Source: Paramicrosporidium saccamoebae KSL3
Taxonomy: Eukaryota; Fungi; Cryptomycota
Direction of reading: 5' to 3'
Length of the DNA stretch: 32,000 nucleotides
Assembly (NCBI GenBank): GCA_002794465.1
Contig: MTSL01000065.1
Coordinates: forward strand, 211,069-243,068
Below the pieces are notes generated by a model. That model worked only from the letters and a program-made list of their open reading frames with translations, had not been told where the DNA came from and searched no databases. How positions within the stretch are numbered: position 1 is the stretch's first letter; each line of letters starts with the position of its first letter. The translations under genes and the position numbers were made by a program. Shown here piece after piece: positions 19,893 through 30,000 of this stretch.

Positions 19893-20731
19893 TTAACGAC
19901 GGTAGGATCGATGGTTTCGACGCTCCGGAGATCTGGACCTAGAGCGGTATCTCCTTCGTTCCCTCGACCTTGAGCGCGATCTGGAACGACGTCGTCTGTC
20001 CTTTGATCGGTCCCGTCTATCAGAGTCACGTCGATCCAAGGCACGGCTACTGGTATCGCGTTCGCTCTTGCGACGTTCCCTCTCCTTTTCCATTGTCGGT
20101 AAATAGTCTGGATCTACCCGTTTCCAAGCTTCGTCCATTCTAGCATATTAGCAACTGTCTGTGATCTGGGGTACTTTGCATGAACACCGTCGATCGTCGC
20201 CACTTTTAATCGTTCAAATGCTAACAGCATACTCGGTCGGTCGATAAACTCTACCAATACAGTGCCAGCGTCCAACGGCTGGACCATCCGTACCACTGTC
20301 GTCCCGCCACACAGCACTGTTATTTCTGTCGGATCGCTCCGTGGAAGTCCAACCAGCACTGCCGTGCGACTGTTCATCTCACAATGCAAAAGCCGTTCTG
20401 CAGGACGACCGAGTCGGAACCTAATAGGGTCGGCGACGGCTGTGACCGTGAAGGAACGGTCACCAAGTGTCGTGTTGGTTAGAAGAAGGGCTCGTTGCGC
20501 CTCCAAGAGGTTGGAGTACACAATGTCACATTCATAAGAGCCGTCACGAGTGGTAATGCTGCATATGATTAGTGGAACCAGTGTGCTGTTACTTTGGATA
20601 ATGCTCAAACACAAGAACTGTGCCTAACATGCTAAAAAGCGTGCGTAGTACTTCTTTGGATGCTAGCTTAGATACATTTGACACCTAATAGATGACAAAC
20701 TTTTATGCATATGAAATACCTTGACCTCCAT
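19893..20731 (-). CDS. SR-like splicing regulator of the SRSF11/SREK1 type: two RRMs plus RS domain, ~244 aa, 4 exons (introns 20685-20719, 20559-20592, 20140-20174)
   Basis: Spliced MEVKVSNVSKLASKEVLRTLFSMLG...ALLLTNTTLGDRSFTV resembles SRSF11 RRM1. A second RRM (RTAVLVGLP...VLVEFID) and an RSRSRSRSR tail follow. The exon lengths sum to 735 nt, in frame. Confidence 0.8.
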
Positions 20732-20786
20732 CCTTCCACAAAGATGATTGGTCCAGAAGCGAGTGGTCTTTGAAGATTATCATGCT

Positions 20787-20878
20787 ATCGCGTATCATAG
20801 TCATGCATTATAGAATCGCATATCATAGTCGTGCATTATAGAATCGCATATCATAGTCGTGCATTATAGAATCGCGTA
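20787..20878. repeat. 28-nt tandem repeat, about 3.3 copies (ATCGCATATCATAGTCGTGCATTATAGA)
   Basis: Units start at 20787, 20815 and 20843, with a partial unit at 20871; intergenic, upstream of the SR-protein gene. Confidence 0.97.
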
Positions 20879-20983
20879 CTAACCATCCAATCAGGATTAC
20901 ATTGCGTCGCATATTCACAATAATAGTATACAGAACGACTTTATTCGTTCATTCCTAATTTACGTTGGTTATTCACAAGGATA

Positions 20984-22120
20984 TTATACAGGACGACTCC
21001 ATTCGTTCATTCTCAATAGTGCCTCTAACGTTTGGGGCTGCTCATCATCAACAATGACGGGCTCCTCGTAAACAGCACTGCTCTCCCTCGAATGGCTGAT
21101 GGGAGCCATTTTTGGTTTTTTGGAACGAGTCGACTTTCTTGATTTCGGAAGGACAATTTGTTCGGATAAATATGGAGGCGTAGGAGGCTCTTCTGTTTGC
21201 TGAAGCCAGTCATTATGTCGTCTTTTTACATCATCCGTACTGTTCTTTTTGGTCAGGACAAGTTCAGGAATCTTTGATATTTTAGCCAAGGGACGAGTTG
21301 CATCAGCAACAAATAGCCCTCGTAATAGCTCTCTGATAATCTCCTCTGCAAGATAGGATAGTGCAATCAACGCCTGGGAATCAAAAGTTTCAAAATAATT
21401 CACTCCGTAGTGGTCTTCATAAATCCTGACATGATAACTGATGGCTCGATGCAAAGAATCCACTAGGCTAGACTCTATACGCAAATCGTTGGGCAGGAGA
21501 GCTACAGACTCGCCACTCTTCCACATTTTCACAAACTCCACGCCAGGAATAAGTTCTGTGATCTGCTTGCGATACTTTCGGGGAGCCCAAACCTCACAGT
21601 ATTGTCTTGTACGGGCAATCTGGAACTCGCAGTCCCATCCATTAGTTGAACAAAAGGTACATGGGGCACCAGATATTACTTGGGATTTCAAAGACTTTCT
21701 GTCTGCATCACATACTGATATCCCGCAAGCAATGCATTTTTGGCATCGTTTGTGACGATATGAATTGGCAATGGTTCCATCTCTATCAATGATTCTTTTC
21801 CGAATATCCCGGTCAAACTTGTCCCATTTGGCCTGGTCTTTAGATGTTTCGGCATGGACACTCTTGACCGCTCTTTTCTTGGCTCTCTTAGCCATAGGCT
21901 CTGCACTCGTTGGTCTGGTATTCTGTTTACCCTTATCATCGCCAGCCAACCGCACTGAATGTTCATCCTCATTGCCGCTGCTGAACAATTGGGAAGACAG
22001 CTCCCCCGTGCTATGGATATGCAAAAGGGCCTCTGCCACCGAAAATCTCGAGTCGAAAGACTGCAAATTAGGCGCACCATTTGCTTCGTTTATGACATCA
22101 TCTTCGGTGGGATCGTCCAT
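20984..22120 (-). CDS. Hypothetical nuclear protein (~378 aa) with a Cys-rich Zn-cluster-like motif and an Rrn10-like (Pol I UAF subunit) segment
   Basis: CQKCIACGISVC-x16-CTFCSTNGWDC, then DLRIESSLVDSLHRAISY...ETFDSQALIALSYLAEEIIRELL, which resembles the Rrn10 core as recalled. The first ATG is 22120; the ORF-track start at 22153 is GTG. Confidence 0.6.
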   Translation of the reverse strand: MDDPTEDDVINEANGAPNLQSFDSRFSVAEALLHIHSTGELSSQLFSSGNEDEHSVRLAGDDKGKQNTRPTSAEPMAKRAKKRAVKSVHAETSKDQAKWDKFDRDIRKRIIDRDGTIANSYRHKRCQKCIACGISVCDADRKSLKSQVISGAPCTFCSTNGWDCEFQIARTRQYCEVWAPRKYRKQITELIPGVEFVKMWKSGESVALLPNDLRIESSLVDSLHRAISYHVRIYEDHYGVNYFETFDSQALIALSYLAEEIIRELLRGLFVADATRPLAKISKIPELVLTKKNSTDDVKRRHNDWLQQTEEPPTPPYLSEQIVLPKSRKSTRSKKPKMAPISHSRESSAVYEEPVIVDDEQPQTLEALLRMNEWSRPV

Positions 22121-22168
22121 CGGGGAATGACCTGGCCGGGGTCCGGCTTCCACCCCCCGCCACCACTA

Positions 22169-22619
22169 ATGGTACCAAGGCCCCTCTATCCATCCATTAA
22201 CCTGTAGGTATTCACAAAGTTCGTCCAAGTCGGCCGTCTCGCCCTTATCAACTATGGGGAGGAGAAGAGCAAGCTCGCCGTCATTGTGGAAATTGTGGAC
22301 CACAACCGCGTCATCATTGACGGACCCACGACGGACGTGAAGCGTCAGGTCATTTCCATCAAGCGCCTCTCCCTGACCAAGTTCGTGGTGGAGGATCTCC
22401 CCCGTGGAGCCCGTACCCCCACGGTGCGCAAGTTTGTGGAAAAGTCTGGACTGGTCGCCAAGTTCCAGGAATCCGCCGCTGGACAGAAGATCGCCAAGGC
22501 TGCTATCCGCCGCAACTTGACCGACTTTGACCGTCACAAGGTTATGCTCCTCCAGAAGAAGGTATTTCTTGCATCACTTGGCCAATAATGTGTAGCGTTC
22601 CAAGGTTCTCAAGGCCTAA
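22169..22619 (+). CDS. RPL14: 60S ribosomal protein L14 (eL14), 126 aa, introns 22172-22207 and 22562-22595
   Basis: ATG|intron|VFTKFVQVGRLALINYG...KLAVIVEIVDHNRVIIDGP...RRNLTDFDRHKVM...|RSKVLKA-stop. Confidence 0.96.
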
Positions 22620-22865
22620 GTCTATATACAATCTTATTGGAGGAAATAAAAGTGTTCTGTCCAACCACCTCACTGCAGGAACCTGACGACCGTTTCGATG
22701 ATGGCCAATCAGCAGTCCTGAAAGTCGTACAAATCTCAGAAACGACCATCGGGATGGCTCCAATTGGCCGGCACCAGTCAAACGGCGTTTGCAAATCCTG
22801 CGAACCAGTGTCAGATTATTGGGCCTTATAGGCAGCGAACCAGCCGGACACAAGCATCAAAGAAC

Positions 22866-23903
22866 ATGCCACACCAACAGCAAGAGAATGATCCTCGTCA
22901 TCCCACTGCCGCTCATATGGCCCCATGCCGTCTACCGCAAACAGCGACTCATCTGACGCCTTCGCTTAACCAACCCCCTCAACAATACGCCATGCAACCC
23001 AAAATGGCATATCCATATGGAGGTCATGGAGACTTGAATCAAATGGGCGTTTCCGGTCCTGGACATATGATGCAAGCCGGTCACATGATGCATCCCAATG
23101 CCATGGGCTACCAGGCACCCAACTCGTATCCATCACCGCCACAATACAATCATCCTCAGCTCGCTGGTGGAATGTACCAACCCCAGTTTCCAGGCTACAC
23201 ACAGGTCTCGTCTATGGCTTCGCCTTCAATGAGCAGCGCTGTCAGCTTCTCCCCCGTCGGACCGAACGGCAGTCCAAATATGTCTTCAGCGCATTTCCCA
23301 GATTCTCCACCGCTCCTTGATGCCAGTCAGATGCTCATGTCGCCCAGTCGGTTCCGAAAACGGCGTCAATTGTCGCCGCTCATCTCCGGCTATGCCGAGC
23401 TGCAATCATCGCCACAGATGATGATGCGTCGCGCCGCCCTGCCCAAGATGCCCGTCTCGCCTGGAAGTTACTCTATGGGGAATTCACCAAAAAGCAAACC
23501 AGCCACTTTGGTTTTGCCATGTTTCTTTGATCAACAGAACAACTTGCGCACCCACGGCCATGGCATCAATGGCACTTCGGGATACTATGAAGATTCGCGG
23601 AGGAATGCACGGTCGTTTTTACTTGAAGCTGACAACATTGATGAGGAAAATATTACTATTGTCGAGATCAAGCAGCTTCTTCGTCGCTATTGCATCAATG
23701 CGACAGGCAAAAAGATTGTTCTGATGGATCGAATTAGGAAGCTGCAAGCATATCTGAACAGCCAGATGGAACGCGAAGCTGGTGCTCTTCGCCCGCCTGC
23801 CCAAATGACTGCACCCAATACTTCTCCCGTTTCAGACTGTACTACTCCTGAGGCACCCGCAGAAAAGACGAACGGAGAAACTCTAACTGCAAATGTACGA
23901 TGA
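22866..23903 (+). CDS. SAP-domain protein A (~345 aa) with P/Q/M/S-rich low-complexity N-terminus
   Basis: SAP-like motif ITIVEIKQLLRRYCINATGKKIVLMDRIRK near the C-terminus. The first ATG is 22866; the ORF-track start is TTG. Confidence 0.8.
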   Translation: MPHQQQENDPRHPTAAHMAPCRLPQTATHLTPSLNQPPQQYAMQPKMAYPYGGHGDLNQMGVSGPGHMMQAGHMMHPNAMGYQAPNSYPSPPQYNHPQLAGGMYQPQFPGYTQVSSMASPSMSSAVSFSPVGPNGSPNMSSAHFPDSPPLLDASQMLMSPSRFRKRRQLSPLISGYAELQSSPQMMMRRAALPKMPVSPGSYSMGNSPKSKPATLVLPCFFDQQNNLRTHGHGINGTSGYYEDSRRNARSFLLEADNIDEENITIVEIKQLLRRYCINATGKKIVLMDRIRKLQAYLNSQMEREAGALRPPAQMTAPNTSPVSDCTTPEAPAEKTNGETLTANVR

Positions 23904-24096
23904 TTAGATCTCCGTTCTCTGTGAATAATAAAAGTACCGTGCTATCATCAGAACTTTGGGGGTAGTAAAAGTACCGTGTTGTCAGTACAATTTTAATTGA
24001 TTCCACGTTATCTAGAATTTAGTGAACAGAACCAACAGCTGCTGGTTTTATGGGCGTCGAATCGGAAACGTAGATTTATGTTGGATTGAAGCGCTC

Positions 24097-24171
24097 ATTG
24101 GCCGCCTCCCAGTTGTACCGAATCGGAATTGGCCGTTAGAGCTCCGACCAATGAAATAACGTGCCGTTAGT
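24097..24171. promoter_or_regulatory. Promoter motif cluster: three CCAAT boxes plus two GCCGTTAG (Myb/MSA-like AACGG) elements
   Basis: ATTGG at 24097 and 24128, CCAAT at 24148. GGCCGTTAGA at 24131-24140 (reverse complement TCTAACGGCC) and TGCCGTTAGT at 24162-24171. Confidence 0.45.
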
Positions 24172-24224
24172 AACGCGGAAAGCAACTAAAACGCCCTAGA
24201 GTGTCCGTGGAAGCAGCGAGTAGC

Positions 24225-25319
24225 ATGCCTACAAGTAATCCCGACTGTCCATCCGATGCGAAGCAGGCTTATGCTTCCGATCTGAGCGAATTCTTCGGAG
24301 GAGCCTGGGACTTTGCTCCAAATGGAACCTTTTCCGACGTGGCCGATCCCCCACAGGAAAGCGTCCTACCCGATCCGGTTCCAGAGGATCCCATGCAGAA
24401 ACATCGCTCACCGGTGCTAAGCGCCACCTCTAATCAATCGATACAAGCGCCAGCCAGCAGTAGCAGTCCATCAGTAAAGACAAAGCCGCCGAACCTTTAT
24501 GAAGCACTGCGACGCTCGCAGATGATGGCACCCATGATGATGACAATGAGTCCTCTGGCCGGCTACTCTGACGGAATGATGGGAAACATGGATTGGACTT
24601 TGGATGCCAGTGGAAATATTTTCCCCACATCGCCCTCCCTCCTCGGGACCATGGATCCAACCCAAATGATGATGATGCAGGCTGCCCGCATGAAGAGGCC
24701 TCGTGTCTCCCCATTCATGAGTCCTGCAGGGCTGGATTTCGGGATGGGCATGAATATGTTCCGTCGTTCCGCCAAAATGCCCCTATCTCCAATCACCCGT
24801 CCCAGCGGGGAGAGAACTGCCTTGGAGACAAACGACAAGACAATGCCGCTGGTGCTGCCATTTGCGGCGGCAAATATCAAACCACAAATGGTAAAGCCAA
24901 CACCTGTCAAACTGATGCCCGCCAAGCTCACGGAAGAGCAAAAGCCGCAGCCCCTCTCCCTAGAAGATAACATTGAGAAGAATCTGCGATCATTCCTGCA
25001 GGACACAAGGGACCTGGAATGGGACAATGTGACGGTGGTGGAGCTCAAGCGGATTCTTCGGCAATACGAGCTGAATGCTACAGGGAAAAAGGCAGAGTTG
25101 ATGCAGCGGATCAAGAAAATCCGGCTGTCCTATCAACATTTAGATGGCACCGTCGAAAGTGAGAGGGTAACCAAGACAGGGATAAAGCGGACAGAATCCT
25201 CACCGGACACAATGGGCAGTGATGCGGGGTTGGATGAAACCACCATGGGCAAGTCTCTAGACGAGCTTTTTGCGGGGGCTTTAGAGATCCCTCCGGGCTC
25301 CGAGATGCTCTTTTCATAA
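24225..25319 (+). CDS. SAP-domain protein B (~364 aa), tandem paralog of 22866-23903
   Basis: SAP motif VTVVELKRILRQYELNATGKKAELMQRIKK and an M/P/S-rich N-terminus. The first ATG is 24225. Confidence 0.82.
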   Translation: MPTSNPDCPSDAKQAYASDLSEFFGGAWDFAPNGTFSDVADPPQESVLPDPVPEDPMQKHRSPVLSATSNQSIQAPASSSSPSVKTKPPNLYEALRRSQMMAPMMMTMSPLAGYSDGMMGNMDWTLDASGNIFPTSPSLLGTMDPTQMMMMQAARMKRPRVSPFMSPAGLDFGMGMNMFRRSAKMPLSPITRPSGERTALETNDKTMPLVLPFAAANIKPQMVKPTPVKLMPAKLTEEQKPQPLSLEDNIEKNLRSFLQDTRDLEWDNVTVVELKRILRQYELNATGKKAELMQRIKKIRLSYQHLDGTVESERVTKTGIKRTESSPDTMGSDAGLDETTMGKSLDELFAGALEIPPGSEMLFS

Positions 25320-25810
25320 ATATGTAAATAAACCGATCACACTCGAGGCTTTAGTGTCTTGTTATGCAATGATCTGTTGCATAGGGTATACTCCCTACTA
25401 TTATTGCACACGCAAATTCATCTTAATGTGTCTACTCGACCCGCTCGTTGTAGACCCTGTTGACTGACGAAAATGTCTTTACTAAAAAGCACACATATTC
25501 CCTCTATAAAAAGCATATATATACTGTCTATGACATGCCGCCACCCTTAGTGTGATGTAGGAGGTTGACTGCCCTGTTCTTGAAAATAGTTTCCTAGTTC
25601 GGGGAGGATATAATTGGAACAATCGGTGAAAGATAATGAGATCTATATCCTCATCATTTTAAAGTATTGCGTTATTTGTGAGACTGGAAATGGGCCAGTG
25701 GATTAACAGCGGACAGGTTCTCGTCTCGTCACTTTTCGCCTGACAAAATCCGTGGTATTATCCTCACTACACGACATTAGGACTACCAATCATAAGCGGA
25801 TACTATCTAT

Positions 25811-26998
25811 TCACTTCTTCTTACTATTGCCAACATTAAACTTGAAGTAAATAATATCGCCGTCCTCGACGACATATTCGCGTCCCTTTTGGAGATACTT
25901 TCCTGCCCCCTTTACCGAATTTTCATCACCTAATTCCTTCAAGTCGGTAAAGCGCATCACTTCGGCCATAATGAAGCCCCGCTCAAAATCAGTGTGGATG
26001 ACTCCAGCAGCGCCGGGTGCCTTGGTACCACGACGAATAGTCCAGGCTCGGACCTCATCAGCCCCCGATGTAAAGTAGTAGATGAGCTGTAGGGCCTGGT
26101 ATCCAGCCAAGATGATCTTGGGAAGAGCAGAGGTAATGGCCTTTTCTGTGAGGAACTTTTCGCGAGCCTCAGAGTCCATAGAGGAGAGGGCATGCTCCAA
26201 TGCGCCACTGAAGGGGATCAGAGGATCTCCAGCAGAGTTGGCATCAATCCATGCCTTAATCTTGGGCAGCCACTTGTTCTTCTTCCGTGCGTAATCATCC
26301 TCGCTCAAGTTGACAAGATACACAGCACTCTTGGCCGTCAGCAGCTGAAGCGGGTTAATAATCTCTTCAATCTCCTTGGGGCTCCAGTCTCCATGACGGA
26401 CTTCTCGTCCATCAACCTCCACCCATCGCAGCAGCTTCTCCAAAGTGTCCAGTTCAAATTTACGGGCCTTGTCGTTTTCGTGGCCACGGAGTCCCTTGCG
26501 GGCCATCTCTACCGACTTTGTCAAGAATTCAATGTCCTTTAGGCGAAGCTCCTCGCGGATAATGTCCAAATCACGAGTCGGATCCACCTCTCCTTCCACA
26601 TGGACTACTTCCTCGCCACTGAATGCTCGGACGACATGATAGATTCCATCGACAGCGCGAATGTGACTCAAAAAGGCATTTCCAAGTCCCTGTCCAGAGG
26701 CCGCACCCTTTACAAGCCCAGCAATATCAATTACGGTCAGATAGGCGGGTATTTTGCTTTTGGGTTTGTACTCTGTGCACAGCCAGTCAAAGCGCGCATC
26801 GGGAACAGCCACACGGCTCTCTTCCGGGTCGATGGTGCAGAACGGAAAGTTCTCGGCTCGGCCCGCGCTATTTGTGACGGCATTGAAAAAGGTCGACTTG
26901 CCCACATTGGGCAGGCCGACAATTCCCATCTTCAAGTTATTGGAGGGACGGCCGAGGAGCGGCTTCACAACAGGTTCGGGTACTCCTTTGGGTGGCAT
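25811..26998 (-). CDS. OLA1: Obg-like ATPase 1 (OLA1/YchF), ~395 aa
   Basis: [50 protein letters not shown] and [13 protein letters not shown]. The true ATG is 26998 (MPPKG); the ORF-track start is GTG. Confidence 0.98.
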   Translation of the reverse strand: MPPKGVPEPVVKPLLGRPSNNLKMGIVGLPNVGKSTFFNAVTNSAGRAENFPFCTIDPEESRVAVPDARFDWLCTEYKPKSKIPAYLTVIDIAGLVKGAASGQGLGNAFLSHIRAVDGIYHVVRAFSGEEVVHVEGEVDPTRDLDIIREELRLKDIEFLTKSVEMARKGLRGHENDKARKFELDTLEKLLRWVEVDGREVRHGDWSPKEIEEIINPLQLLTAKSAVYLVNLSEDDYARKKNKWLPKIKAWIDANSAGDPLIPFSGALEHALSSMDSEAREKFLTEKAITSALPKIILAGYQALQLIYYFTSGADEVRAWTIRRGTKAPGAAGVIHTDFERGFIMAEVMRFTDLKELGDENSVKGAGKYLQKGREYVVEDGDIIYFKFNVGNSKKK

Positions 26999-27098
26999 AC
27001 TTCTATTCACGGCACGGAACAAAGTACGTCCGAACTGCACTTTTGTCACGCCCCGGCGAGATTAAAATCCATTTATTCTTAACTCCCTGATCGGCTGT

Positions 27099-30000
27099 CT
27101 AGAGGTACAAACTATTTGCAAAGACAATGTCTCGCTTTAACTTTCCTATGGCATCATTGAACTTTTGCTCTAAATCCACGTTTCCGATGGATTTGGCTGC
27201 TTGGGCCATCTGTCGGAGGAGTTCGTCCAGACGCCTCATACAGCGAATGATGCTTCCTTCATAGACTTCAGTCATCTTGCAGATGCGGGCAAATTTAGCT
27301 CCCCGACACCATGCATGCACGGCATCCATCAACTCTGGTCTAAATTTCTGCACATACTCCTCCTCGTTGAGTTCCAATTTGCATTCGGTGGAGACACGAG
27401 CAATGCGACGAGCAGCCTCCTGCATCATGCGGAGAGGTCCCGCCAGTTCCTCTTTCAATTTGACCGGATCGTCACTCTAAAAATCAATCTAGTTACAAGA
27501 GCAAATACCTTTTCTTGGAATACAAAGCAGGACAATAAAGCTGCCACCTGTTCGGGCTGTAAATCATTGAAGGCACCGGCAAACATCATCTCTGTTAGCA
27601 ACAGTTCATCTCCTGTGCTGATTTCGCAGGCAACGCGTCCTTTTACCTCAATCACATCTTCAGCGGTTGCGTAGCCCAAACGGCGAAGAACTCGTTTTCG
27701 ATTCTTCAACTCTTCCATATGAACAATTGCGTGGGTGTCGCGGATATGTCGTTTTAGAGCAGAAATACGATCTTCGAGATTCTTCTTTGCCGAGTACTGC
27801 TCATATAAACGAGGCAGATTGGGAGACTTGTGTAGAGCGTGAGAGAAAAGGACGCCTTCCAACGTTTCAATTTTTCTAACTAAAGCCTGGAATGCCTCAT
27901 CCTTGATATTCATGTCCTGGACTGGGTCGAGCAGCGGTGGTCCATCTGGGAAGCGCTTTTGGACTTCTTGAATAGCACGATGAACCGTAGTGCGCTGGTC
28001 CAAAGAGCGGAGATCCTTGGGCATGTAGATGCGCACTGAACTGATCCCGTCAAGGACCTTTAGAGCAGCCGGGAGCACGATCATCTCTCCCTCTTTTCCT
28101 TGAAGACAAGGCTTTGGAACCCCAATTTGCACCCCATCCTTTGGACGTTCACAATACGCCAATACATCTACAATAAACTGCGGAATAGGCTCCTTGCCCA
28201 TTTCGGCTTCCTTCTTGGAGGGTCTCTGCGTCTTCTTGTGAAGATTGACTACGGCACACCATCCATAATCTGATTGCTCATCCCGGACTCTTACAAGACG
28301 TCCCACTTGCATAAATGGGACAGAGTACGAGTGATGGTGGACAATTTTTTTGAAATCGTTCTTGCAAGACTCCAGCTGGGCACGAATGTTCCAATATTCA
28401 GCAATAGACTCTTCCTGCTCAATGATAATCCCCTCCTTTTCAGTCTCCAACTCTTGCAGCTTTAATTCTAGGGCAGGAATGTCGTCTGAATTTTGAAACT
28501 GGAAGAATGATCTGTGTAGCATATAATCAGGTGAGATGCCCTCGACTCGCATCAGATTGAGGATCATATTGTAACTCAGATGGAAGGCGCTATTCAGGGC
28601 ATCTGCTTGACCTTTGAGCATGTTCTTGGCAATCAAGGGATCCATCTTTTCTTCAATCATCAAAATAACAATACCGCGAGAATCTAATCCACGACGACCA
28701 GCACGGCCGCTCATTTGAATGTATTCGCCAGAGCTAATCCATCTAAAGTCTTGGCCATCAAACTTGCGTGCATTCGTAAAGACGACAGTCCTTGCAGGCA
28801 TATTGAGTCCAATCGAAAATGTTTCAGTGGCAAACAAAAGCTTAATCAATCCTTCCTGGAAGAGAATTTCGATAACCTCCTTGAGGATTGGCAATAGTCC
28901 CGAGTGATGAATACCAATTCCATTCTTCAAAAGGGGCAAGATGCTTGCAATCTGTGGTAGTTGTCGATCTTCCTCGGAGAGAGACTCGATGGCGTTAGTG
29001 AAGACGGAAGAGACCAGTTTGCGCTCATCTTCAGTGTTAAAATCCATGCGGGCAACCTGCATCGCTAGATTCTCGCAGTCCTTTTTCGAAAAGGAAAATA
29101 CAATCACAGGATGCAAGTTCTTGGTCATGATCATCTTGATAATTTTGCTAATGTCAGACTGTCCGTTATTTCCAGTGGACTTGGGCCGTCTCTTCTTCTT
29201 CTCCCCCAGAACATCGTCATTTCGATCGCCAAAAACGTTGAGGGCCTTTTGGAAATTGTCTTGACGGAATACACCCTTTTCGTCAACAGCCAAGTAGATG
29301 CCATTTGCACCAGAAGGAAACAAATAATGTTGCAAAGGCGTGGGACGGTAATTAGTGTACACAACGTGACAGGGTTGCTGGTGCATTGCGCAGATCCAAC
29401 GAGCAAATTGCTTTGCGTTCGGAATCGTAGCAGACAAAAACACGTACTTTACAGAGTCGGGTAGCAGGATGAGTGTCTCTTCCCAAACCACACCGCGCTC
29501 CTTATCTCTCATGTAATGGATTTCATCGAATACAACCCAGGCGACTTCACGCATAACTTCAGAGCCTCGGTACAGCATAGACCGAAGAATCTCGGTTGTC
29601 ATTACCAAACAGCTGGCGGTCCCATTGATTGTGACATCTCCCGTCATCAATCCAACGTCTCCAAAAATTTCATTCAGCTCGCGATATTTCTGGTTGCTGA
29701 GTGCCTTGATCGGCGACGTATAAATGACTCGCTGTTGATTGTTGAGCGACTTGGCAATGGCATATTCGGCGACCACTGTCTTTCCAGCACTAGTGTGCGC
29801 AGACACGAGAACAGACTCGTTCCTCTCAATACAGGCGACAGAAAGCTGTTGGAATGGATCCAACTGGAAGGGATACTCCCGAGCCGGCTTCTCTGGTGGC
29901 CGGTGTTCTGAAAGAGGAATGTATGGATAATTCTCTGGAATCGCAACTTCGTGTCGCACTTCATGAACTAGAGACAGCTTTTGGGCTGGGGCCTCGGCGC

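Noticed and set aside
25400-25770. Short matches to U6 (CACGCAAATTC, AATTGGAAC) and U5 (TTTCGCC...TCCGTGG) snRNAs
   Set aside because: The U6-like pieces are in the wrong order and lack the ACAGAGA box. The U5-like piece lacks the invariant GCCUUUUAC loop and a Sm site.
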